A stretch of DNA of 64,000 nt from Nitrospirales bacterium (GCA_965203295.1 CBDBCZ010000019.1:2112001-2176000); one strand, 5' to 3'; shown: positions 32,131 to 43,017, counted from the first letter of the stretch. Notes: a model not told the origin generated them from the letters alone. Numbers and translations are program-made.

Positions 32131-33324
32131 TTAGAATTCCTCTCGCCACTGAAGAACCGTGAGAGGTCTAGATTTCAACGCCGTCCTCATTCGGCAACTG
32201 TCATACTGTATGTCCAGTTGTCCATCGTGATGACGAATATGGCTAGCCCAAACAGCGCCTCTGATTTGAATACCTTTGTGGCCGCCCTTAAAGGTGATCG
32301 TTCCTGTACTGATGATCATTCCCTCCCAGATGACCCCTTCCCCTAAAACAACATCTCTCTTTGAGAGCAAGGTCCCATATCCCTTGGTGTTTTGAAGATT
32401 GACTTCGGACGATCGAAGTTTTTGAGAATTCCCGTCATAGAGGCTCACATAGTTACCCTCATCTCCAAACTGGTTGTGATTCCCAGAAGTATTGACAGAC
32501 AAAGCCTCTGATTTCAAAGCATCTAAGGTACGAGCGAGATCCACAGCTACTTGACCTTGGATAGGATTGGGAGACTCGCCGTCAAAAATGACATTTCCTG
32601 AATATGTGACTTTCGAGGAGGAAAAAATAGGAGGAATCGGCTGGGCCTCTCCACAAAAATCGTGTCCACTAATCACGCTGCCGTTCCCTCTTAAAGTAAC
32701 CGAGTTTCCAGCGTAGAGAGTTCCAAGTAGTTTTGGCCCTGGGTGATGAACCAGTTCTGCCACAATCGTCGTGTTTCCCCCCTCAGAGATCCCCGTAGCT
32801 GTCACAACCATGACTGGGAAGAAACGGCTCATACCTCGCCCAGTAAACTGTTCAGGGACTGGCGAGTGAATATTGGGGTAGCCCCAAAAAATCTGATTAC
32901 CCTGATCGTCAGGAGAATGCCTCCCTACATTGCCATCACCATCGCTGTAATGCGGGAAGTGAGCACGATGGCCGTTTTGCTCAGCATCGTATTCAGTCTT
33001 CTGTCGGATTTTGACTTGATACGACAGTTCAGATTGTAGACTTTCCATCATCCCCATCGTGGCATTTTTGTTCGATAGAGAGGAAACAACTTTGAAGGCA
33101 TCATGATCTGATTCAGCAACAGTTACAGCATGTTCTCGTAACCGTGCTCGGGCTTCTTGAAGCCCGGCCTCCGCAAAATAGAAACTTTGAACGGAGGACT
33201 TAAAGCTTTTGCTAATGGAGATTTCCGTGGTGGTCGTTTCCAAAATCGTTGCAGAGATGATTCCAACAACAACGATCAACAGAAGAGCCGAGATCAGGGC
33301 TACTCCTTTGTCAGCTGTGAGCAT
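32131..33324 (-). CDS. pilX: Type IV pilus minor pilin, PilX-like
   Basis: KGVALISALL N-terminus lacking Glu5, SFYFAEAGL, C-terminal WREEF; operon context. Confidence 0.75.
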   Translation of the reverse strand: MLTADKGVALISALLLIVVVGIISATILETTTTEISISKSFKSSVQSFYFAEAGLQEARARLREHAVTVAESDHDAFKVVSSLSNKNATMGMMESLQSELSYQVKIRQKTEYDAEQNGHRAHFPHYSDGDGNVGRHSPDDQGNQIFWGYPNIHSPVPEQFTGRGMSRFFPVMVVTATGISEGGNTTIVAELVHHPGPKLLGTLYAGNSVTLRGNGSVISGHDFCGEAQPIPPIFSSSKVTYSGNVIFDGESPNPIQGQVAVDLARTLDALKSEALSVNTSGNHNQFGDEGNYVSLYDGNSQKLRSSEVNLQNTKGYGTLLSKRDVVLGEGVIWEGMIISTGTITFKGGHKGIQIRGAVWASHIRHHDGQLDIQYDSCRMRTALKSRPLTVLQWREEF

Positions 33325-33401
33325 ATGATAGAACTTTGTCCTGATATTTCATGAATAATCAGAGGCATCATGGATTTGCTCTCAGAACTAGACTTAGCAA
33401 A

Positions 33402-34013
33402 TTACGAGCCTAGCAAATTCCTCGGAACCACCCGAGAACGAAGTGTAAAAGTCCGATATCCATTATTTTCCGGATATGTTTTATCACGATGTGCGGTTTG
33501 ACCCGTGATTGAAAAGGCCACGAGTCGGATCTCTGACGGCGAACGCGCTCCTTGTCCTTGACGGTTCAATAATTCAAACTTAAATGATTGAATGTTCTCA
33601 ACGACAGATTGTCTGCCTCCTCGACCTGTTCGTCGGCGAAGCGTGTTTGTTTTTTCGTCGAAAACGTAAACAATCCTCTCATTGGCATCTGTTAGACGTC
33701 CATTGCCATTCAAATCGGCTTGAAGGTGAAGTTCCTTTCCTTCAGCATGTATCCCATCAAAATTATTCAACGAATCATGGTCTCGGTTTACTCCCCGTGG
33801 GTCGTAGCCGGCCATTCGTATTTCACTTACGAGCAAGTCCCACGCCGCACGAACATCTTGGTACATCGCGATAATATCTTCTTGAACAATTTGACTTTTG
33901 ACCTGATGAACGTAAATGGCATAGACAACACCAACAGTCAGAACAGCTATCGAGAGAGCAAGCAATAGTTCCGCCAACGTGAAGACGTGAGTATTATGGA
34001 GAATTGGTAACAC
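33402..34013 (-). CDS. pilW: Type IV pilus minor pilin, PilW-like
   Basis: FTLAELLLAL prepilin helix, EIRMAGY and VVPRNL; the -1 Gly is replaced by Val. Confidence 0.75.
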   Translation of the reverse strand: MLPILHNTHVFTLAELLLALSIAVLTVGVVYAIYVHQVKSQIVQEDIIAMYQDVRAAWDLLVSEIRMAGYDPRGVNRDHDSLNNFDGIHAEGKELHLQADLNGNGRLTDANERIVYVFDEKTNTLRRRTGRGGRQSVVENIQSFKFELLNRQGQGARSPSEIRLVAFSITGQTAHRDKTYPENNGYRTFTLRSRVVPRNLLGS

Positions 34014-34024
34014 AGCTCGCAGGG

Positions 34025-34477
34025 TTATTCACTTAAAATCGTGGAAACATCCACCGAATGGAGATCTTGATCCCAATGCACCATGACAGTCACTGTTTGC
34101 ATATGCTGTCCCGGAACATTGGGCTTTGATGTCGTCGTCCGTTTGAAAATCGGATAACCAGGAAATGAACCATAATCTTCCACGTGCGTGACGTTTCTGG
34201 CTTGAAATGGTTCATATCCTCCATTACGGAGATCTTCAAGCTTTTCCTGTGCCAACATGGTTCCTATGGTCAGTTTTTTGGCTACTGCAATTCCCTTCAC
34301 CGCTACGGTCGAAAGGTTAGATAGCGCTAAAAGGGCTACGCTGACCAATGCCAACGCAATCAGCACTTCAAGGAGTGACAAGCCTGAGTTTCTGGCAAGT
34401 GAAAATTTTGTGGGGAAGGAAAATCGAAAATAGATGGATCCAAGTGTTTTGACATTGAACACGTCGAGGAATTCCAT
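34025..34477 (-). CDS. pilV: Type IV pilus minor pilin, PilV-like
   Basis: SGLSLLEVLIAL prepilin motif and LAQEKLE. Confidence 0.75.
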   Translation of the reverse strand: MEFLDVFNVKTLGSIYFRFSFPTKFSLARNSGLSLLEVLIALALVSVALLALSNLSTVAVKGIAVAKKLTIGTMLAQEKLEDLRNGGYEPFQARNVTHVEDYGSFPGYPIFKRTTTSKPNVPGQHMQTVTVMVHWDQDLHSVDVSTILSE

Positions 34478-35019
34478 TAAGAAGCCGCCACTGTTACCCG
34501 GCCAGTTATGCTAACTTTGACCTTTTTGGTTCCGGACGAATTAGACAGGGTCACCGTGGCTAAGTTGGAGGCTGTGCCTCTGGGATGGAAGATCTGATTA
34601 TTCGTTGATTGAAGAGTTAACCCATGAAAGTCCGAATGGAGGTTTCGAGAAACAACCTTTTCACTTCCATCCGGTATCCCATTATTATTATCATCGTCTA
34701 AGATCCTATACTGATGCGAGTCGACAAAAGTAATGTGGTACTTATTTCCTTCCTGAACCGCCTTCATCCGCGCTTTCAGAAAATCTGATCGAAGTTGCCT
34801 GACCGCTCCATTGAGTTCAAAAGAAGGTATTTGCATTTTAAACCAGACTCCACCCAACATCCCCAATATCCCCAACAGACCAAGAATAATGACCAACTCT
34901 GTTAACGTGTACCCTCTGAAGGGGATCAACTGACGTTTCACACATTGGAATAGTGTCTTATCAGCACACACGTCTCTCTCCACATCACTTATGGGTTTGC
35001 GATTTCTCGATGCTACCAC
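34477..35019 (-). CDS. FimT/GspH family pseudopilin
   Basis: GYTLTELV prepilin motif, ARMKAV, FHPRG and TGRV. Confidence 0.78.
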   Translation of the reverse strand: MVASRNRKPISDVERDVCADKTLFQCVKRQLIPFRGYTLTELVIILGLLGILGMLGGVWFKMQIPSFELNGAVRQLRSDFLKARMKAVQEGNKYHITFVDSHQYRILDDDNNNGIPDGSEKVVSRNLHSDFHGLTLQSTNNQIFHPRGTASNLATVTLSNSSGTKKVKVSITGRVTVAAS

Positions 35020-35063
35020 ATTGCCACCACTAACCCATTAGCAGGAATTTCTTGACCCCTCAC

Positions 35064-35855
35064 TTATACAAGACTGAAGTACCAGTTGATGAGTTCATCC
35101 TGAAAGAATAATGCCAGACATGCGCCAAGAGCCAAGAAAGGACCAAAAGGGATGTACTGCCCCCGACGAATCACTTTCACAACCATGATCCCAATACCCA
35201 CTATCGCTCCGACTATGGATACAATCATCAACGTCAAGAGAACTCCCTCCCAATCCTAAGAACGCTCCAATCATCGCGAGAAATTTAATATCTCCACTAC
35301 CTAACCCCTCCCTTCCGAATACGTAAGAACTCAGGCTAGCGATGGGCCAAAGCACACCGCCTCCGACAAACACACCAATCAATAATGCATTTACCATAAT
35401 GCATTTACCATGCCAATGGGGAAAATGGTGGCTGAACAAACAAGACCTATCGCTATCCCTGGAAGGGAAATCATATCGGGAATGATTTGATGTTCAAAAT
35501 CAATCAGGGCAATAACTACAAGGCTCGAGAAAAAAGCAGTATATCCCAGTGACATCCATTCCCACCCGAATGTTCCCACAATCATCACATAGCCGAGTCC
35601 ATTCACCAATTCCACAAGAGCATATCGAAAAGAAATCCTTGATTGACACTTTCGGCATCCTCCCTTTAACCAAAGAAAACTCAGGATTGGAATATTCTCT
35701 TACCAAACAATGGATTGAGCACATCGAGGACAATAGGAGGCTGGCCAAATGACGGACTCCATGCGGGGAAGACGGTGGATACACACATTCAGAAAACTCC
35801 CGATGACCAAACCAAGAACACCAACAAAGCTGAGAAGGAGCATCTTAACAGTCAT
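35064..35855 (-). pseudogene. pilD: Prepilin peptidase PilD with three lesions
   Basis: IGSFLNVCIHRLP, CPRC, CRKC, GSGDIK and IPFGPFL motifs. Lesions: in-frame TAA at 35700-35702, 14-bp duplication at 35384-35411, +1 indel at about 35252. Confidence 0.88.
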
Positions 35856-35974
35856 AACAGAAACAAAAAATTCAATCTTTCTTCTTTAGAATACGTAATC
35901 CCCACAATTTACTTTAAGCAAGTGGGCTGCTAACATTATCTGCATCATTCATCCTTAGCAAAACCTCGGTGAAC

Positions 35975-36235
35975 ATGGTGAATCCAACAAAACCCAAGAA
36001 GCGAGAAACCCTCCCCATTAAACGAAAAAGACCAGAAGCCTTAACAGAGCGAGAGCAAGAAATCCTTCAACTTATTTGGTCGGGACTTAAAAACAAAGAG
36101 ATTGCTCAACGCCTAAAAATAAGCGTTAAAACAGTAGAGGCCCATCGGGCCAATATGATGAAGAAGGTTCGGGTTTCAAATGCCGCCCAACTCCTCAATG
36201 CAGCCATTCAAGAGGGAATGATTCAAATTAAGTAG
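35975..36235 (+). CDS. Stand-alone LuxR-type HTH transcriptional regulator
   Basis: LTEREQEIL..I..G..NKEIA..L.IS.KTVEAHRAN motif. Confidence 0.9.
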   Translation: MVNPTKPKKRETLPIKRKRPEALTEREQEILQLIWSGLKNKEIAQRLKISVKTVEAHRANMMKKVRVSNAAQLLNAAIQEGMIQIK

Positions 36236-37009
36236 ACTGTTCCCCGTTTCTGGTCTTGCCTCGTTGCCGCACCACCTCATATAAAATCACTGCTGCAGAA
36301 GCTGAGACATTTAAAGAGGCGACTTGCCCTTTCATGGGAAGGGAGGCATGCCCCTGACATTTTTTCAAGACGCCAGGCCTGAGCCCTTTTTTCTCAGCCC
36401 CTAAGACCAGCGCCACTGGACCCGTTAAGTTCAGTTGAGTGTAAGATTCTTTCGCATCGGGATCTAAGGCATAGGAAGGTATTCCTTGCTCATCCAATCG
36501 TTCAATGAGTGTTGAGATATTCATTGTTCGAGCCACTCGCATGTGCTCCAAAGCCCCTGCCGAAGCCCTAGCGACGCCTGGAGTCAATCCCACTGATCTT
36601 CTAGCTGGAATAAATACACCATGGACACCGGCGGCATCCGCGGTTCGCACGATTGCCCCAAGATTCTGGGGTCTTCGATTCCATCGAGCAAAAGAAGGAA
36701 AGGCGGTTCTTGTTGTTGTTGCGCAAAACGAATGAGAGCTTCTTCATCAAAAAAATCTTTTGAAGAAACAACCGCGAGCACACCTTGGTGGTTGCCTTTT
36801 GAAACAAGCCGGTCTAAATACTGTCGAGGTCTGACAAAAACTGGAATACCTTGAATTTTTGCAAGCTTGCTTAACTCGGAATACTGCCGGTCTTGACGAG
36901 TCACAAAAATCCGAAGGAAGGGGCGTATCCCGGCACGTAGGGCTTCGGTCACGACATGCAAGCCATACAGGACCTCTTGCTCTCTATCGCTTCCAACGGG
37001 TGGTGCCGT
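36228..37009 (-). pseudogene. rlmB: 23S rRNA (Gm2251) methyltransferase RlmB, frameshifted at about 36665 (possibly a sequencing error); start uncertain
   Basis: LYGLHVV, HQGV, LDGIEDP|NLGAIVRTA and SLNVSAS motifs; one base is missing in GACCCCAGAATC; follows cysS. Confidence 0.85.
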
Positions 37010-38462
37010 CCGGTCGGTCTTCGAGGATGATCCCGTTTGACGCGAGCTCTTGTCGAATTTTGTCCGCCTCTGCAAAATCTTTCCCCTCACGGGCCTCTCG
37101 TCGCTTCTGAATCTGTTGTTCAATCCAGTTGTCATCCGTGATTTTGTGAGTAATTGATGTCCCGGCACTTGTTCCCAAAGTCATTCCTTCATTTAACACA
37201 CGCGGAAATTGCCATTCTTTTGATGGCAGTTGCAGAGTGTCCAACGGTTCCGCATATTTCCGAAAACTCTCTATCACTTTGTTTTTGGCCTGATCTGATA
37301 ATCCCACAGAAAGCAATTTATTCACATCCCCGCGCAGGCGTTGAAATTCAGCCAGAGCTTTCGGCGTATTCAGATCATCGTCCATAGCTTGCTCAAATCT
37401 TTTTTCAAACTCTAGAAGACGAGATTCTAGCACTCCAGATTGTTCCGCTTGACTGCTTGGAGTCGATTCTTCCAATCGTTGGAACAAATCATAGAGATTG
37501 TCTAGGGCAGACTTGGATTCGGAAAGAGCTTGGTCCGAGAAATTCAGGTCACTCCTGTAATGCGTGGACAGCAGAAAGTACCTGAGCGTTTCTGCCATCA
37601 CGTGTTCCTCCAATTTGGACTTCTCAAAAATCTCTTGAATCGTGAAGAAGTTCCCTAAAGATTTTGACATTTTCTCCTCGTCAATCGTGACAAATCCATT
37701 GTGAACCCAATATCGAGCAAATTCTTGCCCTGTAAAGGCACAGGATTGGGCGATCTCATTCTCATGGTGAGGAAACACCAGGTCCTTCCCTCCCCCATGG
37801 ATGTCAAATGTCTTGCCCAAATGCTGAATCGACATGGCCGAGCATTCGATATGCCAACCAGGACGCCCTTTTCCCCAAAGACTCTCCCAACCGGGTTCAC
37901 CGGGTTTCGATTCTTTCCAGAGCGCAAAATCCATAGGGTTTCGTTTTCGTTCATCCACTTCTACCCGCGCCCCTGCGAGTAACTCCTCTTCTTTCCGTCC
38001 GGACAACCGGCCATAAGCCTTATAAGCAGCGACTTCAAAATACACATCACCATCAACCTGATAGGCAAAGCCCTTTTGGATCAAATTGGCAATCATCTCG
38101 ATGATCTCAGGCATATGCTCTGTCGCACGAGGTTCGACATTGGGGATCGTGACACGGAGGCGATTCATATCCTGGTAGTACGCGTCGATATAGGTCTTGA
38201 CGATTTCCTGCCATGGGAGAGATTTCTGTTGCGCTTTGTTAATGATTTTGTCATCAATATCCGTAAAGTTTCTCACATAGGTAACGTGATAACCCCGAAA
38301 CATGAGATACCGACGAAGCACATCGAAGACCACAGCACTTCGAGCATGCCCTAAATGGCAGTCATCATAAACAGTGACCCCACACACGTACATGCCCACG
38401 CGGTTCGCTTCGAGCGGTTGAAACGGTTCCTTTTTATGAGTCAGAGAATTAAAGATTTTCAT
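36984..38462 (-). CDS. cysS: Cysteine--tRNA ligase
   Basis: CGVTVYD..HLGH, GRPGWHIECS, FPHHENE and KMSKS motifs. Confidence 0.97.
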   Translation of the reverse strand: MKIFNSLTHKKEPFQPLEANRVGMYVCGVTVYDDCHLGHARSAVVFDVLRRYLMFRGYHVTYVRNFTDIDDKIINKAQQKSLPWQEIVKTYIDAYYQDMNRLRVTIPNVEPRATEHMPEIIEMIANLIQKGFAYQVDGDVYFEVAAYKAYGRLSGRKEEELLAGARVEVDERKRNPMDFALWKESKPGEPGWESLWGKGRPGWHIECSAMSIQHLGKTFDIHGGGKDLVFPHHENEIAQSCAFTGQEFARYWVHNGFVTIDEEKMSKSLGNFFTIQEIFEKSKLEEHVMAETLRYFLLSTHYRSDLNFSDQALSESKSALDNLYDLFQRLEESTPSSQAEQSGVLESRLLEFEKRFEQAMDDDLNTPKALAEFQRLRGDVNKLLSVGLSDQAKNKVIESFRKYAEPLDTLQLPSKEWQFPRVLNEGMTLGTSAGTSITHKITDDNWIEQQIQKRREAREGKDFAEADKIRQELASNGIILEDRPDGTTRWKR

Positions 38463-38529
38463 CGCGCTGGAGGGTATGGTGAAATTGGATTCATGGTCGG
38501 TTCTTGAAGTCCATGTGGCATTCTTCTGT

Positions 38530-39165
38530 TTACAATAAAAGTTTTACCATGACGAACCCTCCGATTAATAGAATCAGAAACAAGATGGAAAAGAGGTCGA
38601 AATACTTTTCCAGGATGAGTTTTACGGAAGGACCGAAAATTCTTAATGCTCCCCCTATTAAATAAAATCGTAGGCCACGACTAAGAATGGAAGCCACGAG
38701 AAAGGTCGTGAAGCTAATTTGCGTGGCTCCAGCGGCAATCGTAAACACTTTATAGGGGATAGGTGAAAATCCAGCAGCGAAGACTGCCCAAAAGGCATTG
38801 TCGCTATACAATGTGGAAACCTTTTCAAATACTTCAGGAGTGAACCCAGGGATATAAGCGAAAAACCACCCCGAGAGCATACTCCAAAGTCCCAACCCAA
38901 TCGCATATCCTGCCATTCCTCCCAATACCGATCCTACTAAGCACAACCCCGCAAACCCGAGAGCTCCATGCGGAACGCTCACTCCCATTGCAATAAGAAG
39001 AACATCCGGAGCAATGGGGAAAAAGGAGGATTCCGTAAATGCAATTAATACCAAAGCAGTTTTCGCATGTGGGGTGTCCGACCAATGAATAACCCATTGA
39101 TAGAGCCGACGAAAAATTACTCCAGGATGATACTTGGATTTTTCTGACTGAGAATCAAAGCCCAA
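38530..39165 (-). CDS. YqaA/DedA (VTT domain) family membrane protein
   Basis: ESSFFPIAPD, FSPIPYKVFTI and RGLRF motifs. Confidence 0.85.
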   Translation of the reverse strand: MGFDSQSEKSKYHPGVIFRRLYQWVIHWSDTPHAKTALVLIAFTESSFFPIAPDVLLIAMGVSVPHGALGFAGLCLVGSVLGGMAGYAIGLGLWSMLSGWFFAYIPGFTPEVFEKVSTLYSDNAFWAVFAAGFSPIPYKVFTIAAGATQISFTTFLVASILSRGLRFYLIGGALRIFGPSVKLILEKYFDLFSILFLILLIGGFVMVKLLL

Positions 39166-39401
39166 TTGAGACTTTTCCCTATAATACTTTCAATGGTATA
39201 CAGGCATTCATTAAGGAGAGTTCCACAAGCCAACCTCGTGGCATCATCGTCCCGCCGAATCTGCAGAGCTTGAATTGCCATCATCGGACCCGGGCCAAAA
39301 TCCCACCTTCCGAACACTCTCTGGCAACACTCTAGCCCCTTGACCAAACCAGGGGAAGGTTTTGAGACCCAATGCAGGCTTCGCTGAAGATCGCTTGGAA
39401 A

Positions 39402-40211
39402 TCATTTGCGACGTTTTGCATTGCTGCCCAAAATTTTTTTATTTAAAGATCTTTCCCACTGACACAACGCATTTATGGCCGCATGTTGAGTTAAATCTAA
39501 TCTAAGGGGGGTAATGGACACCATATTGTGTTTTATGGTTTCCAGGTCTGAGTGCTTTCCTCGTTCCCATGAAAGTTGCTGACCGGCGATCCAGTAATAT
39601 TTACCACCACGCGGATCGGTCTTTTCGATGATCGCATCCTCGTAATTGCGACGGCACAAAGTGGTTACTTTGATGCCTTGTAATTCCGACTCCAGACAAT
39701 TAGGAATATTGACATTGAGCATGGTCTCTTTTGGAAGACCATGAGCAAGAACAGTTGATGCGACCTGTTGGGCAACAATGCCGGCCAATGTATATTTAAA
39801 TGATGGGCCACCATCTAGAGATACGGCCACTGAAGGAATGCCTTTAACCATCCCTTCCACGGCAGCGGACACAGTCCCTGAATTAGCAACGTCGTCCCCA
39901 AGATTCAACCCCTGATTGATCCCAGAGATGACCAATGCCGGCTTTGTGTCTTTTAAGAGTTTTCCAATTCCCAGGACCACGCAATCTGCTGGAGTCCCAT
40001 TCACAGCATACACACGTTGTTTCCTCCGTTGAAGTCGGAGGGGTTTGTGCAACGTAATCGCGCGACCAACCGCATTTTGTGGTTTTTCCGGAGCGACAAT
40101 CCATACTTCCCCCAGATCTTTCATAGAAGAAGCCAAGACTTGGAGTCCACGAGAATGAATTCCATCATCATTGACAACTAATATCTTTACACTAGGATCT
40201 GTTAATGGCAA
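39402..40211 (-). CDS. surE: 5'/3'-nucleotidase SurE
   Basis: ILVVNDDG, GTPADCV, SGINQG.NLG and SGTV motifs. Confidence 0.93.
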   Translation of the reverse strand: MPLTDPSVKILVVNDDGIHSRGLQVLASSMKDLGEVWIVAPEKPQNAVGRAITLHKPLRLQRRKQRVYAVNGTPADCVVLGIGKLLKDTKPALVISGINQGLNLGDDVANSGTVSAAVEGMVKGIPSVAVSLDGGPSFKYTLAGIVAQQVASTVLAHGLPKETMLNVNIPNCLESELQGIKVTTLCRRNYEDAIIEKTDPRGGKYYWIAGQQLSWERGKHSDLETIKHNMVSITPLRLDLTQHAAINALCQWERSLNKKILGSNAKRRK

Positions 40212-40405
40212 AGGGGAAACCTCCGCAAACTCGTTTCAACCAGGATTGAGCAGAAGAAATCTCGCTTTGGGTGGCCCTCAGACGATTCCCTGGTGTTTTC
40301 AAACCCTTCCTATTTTGAGGCGGCTAGTGTTGAGCCCTGGCGCCAATCTCGTCACACACTTTTCCCACATCAATCAATTTTTCCCCATCGTACTAGTTTT
40401 GGCAG

Positions 40406-40445
40406 AAAAATGCCCGCCCCAAAATTATATTGAGGCGGGCGTTTT
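40406..40445 (-). terminator. Rho-independent terminator after forA
   Basis: GCCCGCC/GGCGGGC stem with a T-run on the minus strand. Confidence 0.7.
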
Positions 40446-40475
40446 AACCCCATCAACTGTTCAAGAACAGAGAAA

Positions 40476-41825
40476 TTAAATGTTTTGCATGAAATGGGCA
40501 ACTTCCTCAGGATTCACATCTGTTCCCATTATATCGGAGGCAGGGACAGCCGTTGATTTTTTCCCTGTAAGACCAGCCATCACCTCATCAACAATCATTT
40601 CCACTGGCATGGACATCCCACCATAGACATGTGGCCCACCCACAACCTTTGCCTTACTGTATCCATAAATAGCAGCCGCGACATCTTTCGCCAACCAACC
40701 CACATAGTTGAATTCTGGAACCACGATCAACTTGGCCTTTGTACACAACTTTCGAAGTTCATTCGTTGGGAAAGGGCGTAAAGATCTTATTTTAATCAGA
40801 CCTGCCTGAATGCCTTTCGCCGTGCACTCACGAACAGCTTCTCGGGATTGAGCAGCGGCACTTCCTGAGGCAATGAGCAAGACATCAGCACCTTCGACAT
40901 TCTGTGTCTCGATTAATCCATCTATATACGAATCAATATATTTCCGGGAACGCTCAACAGCTGCCCAGACTTCCTGTTGCCACACTGCATGGATATTGTA
41001 AGCCATAAAGTTGGACTTTTGAACTGGAGCATCTCTGGATAAACGGGCTGGTGGGTTCTCTGCATCTAGGACCGGGACCGCCCCTCTCCATGACTCACGA
41101 GGTGGCAATTTAAAACCCCGGTCTTGCATTGCACAATACCCACGGGCATGGGTGACAAAAAATCCATCACAGCAGACTCCGACGGGGAGAGTCACATCAT
41201 TTTTTTCACTAATGATGAACCCTTTCATGATGTAGTCAAACAGATCTTGCTGATTTTCAGCATGAAAGACGATCATCCCGCAATTCAGGAGATAGGCGAT
41301 TTCAATATTGTCTGGCTGGATAGCAAGAGGAGCATTGACAACTCTACAGGTAAACATAACCACCGCTGGGAGTCGATGACCTGGCCAAGACGCTATAGGT
41401 TCAAGCCCTCGAAGGGTTCCAGGACCTGCCGTAGCCGTAAAGGCCCGCACACCGGAACGAGAGGCTCCAGAAATAGCAGACATGACGCCATACTCTTCCT
41501 CCCCGCGATAGAATTCCTTCACATACCCTTCACCATACAGAACACCGATTAGCTGAAGCGTTTCACTCTGTGGGGTAATGGGATAGGCAATAGAAATATC
41601 GACATTGGACCTTCGCACAGCTTCCTTGGCCGCTTCGCTACCGGTAATAAACTCCCGTTCACGAGGTGCCTCAGAAAACATAAATTCCGGAGACACCACT
41701 TTTTGCTTTTTGGCTTCAGCATGGGGATCTTTTTTCGCAGATTGAGTGGTTGGAGCGGCGGGTGCACTGGTTATAGGATCACCTTGTGGATTGGTCTTGA
41801 CTTCTGTTTCAAGATTTTCGCTCAT
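40476..41825 (-). CDS. forA: 2-oxoglutarate:ferredoxin oxidoreductase alpha subunit (five-subunit type)
   Basis: AYPITPQSE and TATAGPG motifs; operon with beta, gamma, epsilon and delta. Substrate (For vs Por) is inferred from recalled Nitrospira sequences. Confidence 0.78.
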   Translation of the reverse strand: MSENLETEVKTNPQGDPITSAPAAPTTQSAKKDPHAEAKKQKVVSPEFMFSEAPREREFITGSEAAKEAVRRSNVDISIAYPITPQSETLQLIGVLYGEGYVKEFYRGEEEYGVMSAISGASRSGVRAFTATAGPGTLRGLEPIASWPGHRLPAVVMFTCRVVNAPLAIQPDNIEIAYLLNCGMIVFHAENQQDLFDYIMKGFIISEKNDVTLPVGVCCDGFFVTHARGYCAMQDRGFKLPPRESWRGAVPVLDAENPPARLSRDAPVQKSNFMAYNIHAVWQQEVWAAVERSRKYIDSYIDGLIETQNVEGADVLLIASGSAAAQSREAVRECTAKGIQAGLIKIRSLRPFPTNELRKLCTKAKLIVVPEFNYVGWLAKDVAAAIYGYSKAKVVGGPHVYGGMSMPVEMIVDEVMAGLTGKKSTAVPASDIMGTDVNPEEVAHFMQNI

Positions 41826-41874
41826 AATAGAACCTCTCTATCAGTCTCTATAGGTGGATACCTTTTGTCCTGAC

Positions 41875-42639
41875 TTAGGCCTCACTTTGCATATTTTCAG
41901 CCTTATGCCCAAATGCTGCAGCCGATCCGCTGCCTGGGTCTCCTGGGGAGAATATCAGGGGATTGGTATGAGTTTTCCCCTCATTAGCCATTCGAGATTG
42001 ATACGAGGTAAATCGAACGTTTTCGCCATTTTCAGGTAACTTAATGCCCATTTCTTCACGAACCCGCTTAAAGATTTGAGCCACTCGACGCAGTTTGGCA
42101 GCATCTGAATCCCGAACGGTGAACATGGCATCTTCGTGCCCCTGTTCAGCACAAAGAGCAGAGGTACAACAATTGGTGCCGGCCCTGATCATCTTGAGTG
42201 AAAGGTTAGCATAATGGCAATGAACTCCCACGAAAATACACGCTTCAATTTTATTTCCCCAAATAGTTAAATTCGGATGATTCGGGTTAATCGCTTCTTC
42301 GGGTTCAACTTTAGGATATTTCGGCCGGTAGTCAGGCATAGGAATGACTAAGCCCTCAGGGATTTGGGCAGCAATTTCAAGGACGGCTCTAGCTTTTTCA
42401 GCGACATATTCATTCCAGTGCCAAAGGACAAGGGGACCCGGAAAAATGGTAGCATTTTTACCGGTGAGCATCAGTCTGGCGATCTCTTCCATCGCTTGTT
42501 CTTCTGGAACCTCACGACCGTAGCTCAATCCAAAATTCGGATTCGGAGGCAGCACTCCTAATTGAGCCGCAGACGGCGGATGAAACCCTGCAGGGCCGGG
42601 GACTATGATTCTTTCATGCACTTCTTCAGTTGCTTTCAC
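41875..42639 (-). CDS. forD: 2-oxoacid:ferredoxin oxidoreductase delta subunit
   Basis: PGPAGFHPPSAAQLG, PMPDYRPKYP and GVHCHYAN motifs; operon context. Confidence 0.72.
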   Translation of the reverse strand: MKATEEVHERIIVPGPAGFHPPSAAQLGVLPPNPNFGLSYGREVPEEQAMEEIARLMLTGKNATIFPGPLVLWHWNEYVAEKARAVLEIAAQIPEGLVIPMPDYRPKYPKVEPEEAINPNHPNLTIWGNKIEACIFVGVHCHYANLSLKMIRAGTNCCTSALCAEQGHEDAMFTVRDSDAAKLRRVAQIFKRVREEMGIKLPENGENVRFTSYQSRMANEGKTHTNPLIFSPGDPGSGSAAAFGHKAENMQSEA

Positions 42640-42693
42640 AAGGTAACTCCCATGTTGCCATTCAAATCTCTAAAAATTTTCAATGCGGCATCA

Positions 42694-43017
42694 TCAACCG
42701 GGAACTGGATTCTTCAATCTTGCTGTTGTGGATTTTTCTCCATAGGTGATTGTTTCCGTCAAGGCTTGATCGCCAATTTGATCAATCATTTCCATTTTAA
42801 TAGCGTTATGCTTGGCCATATTGTCACAAACCCAAACACATTGGGCACATCCCTTACAACGGTCAACAGCCACATAGGCAGAACCATACTTGAGCCCCTT
42901 ATCTTTACCTGCCTCCTCATTGTAAAGAATGGTATTGGCTTCAGGGCAATATTGTGTACATAATTTACAACTGGTCGCAGCACAAATTTCCGTCATTATA
43001 TGGGCAACTAAATACAT
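42694..43017 (-). CDS. forE: 2-oxoacid:ferredoxin oxidoreductase epsilon (ferredoxin-like) subunit
   Basis: C....CKLCTQYCP and CKGCAQCVWVC Fe-S motifs. Confidence 0.75.
   Translation of the reverse strand: MYLVAHIMTEICAATSCKLCTQYCPEANTILYNEEAGKDKGLKYGSAYVAVDRCKGCAQCVWVCDNMAKHNAIKMEMIDQIGDQALTETITYGEKSTTARLKNPVPG

Noticed and set aside
39117..39347. 76-aa minus-strand ORF between yqaA and surE
   Set aside because: No motif or RBS support, and it overlaps the yqaA start.
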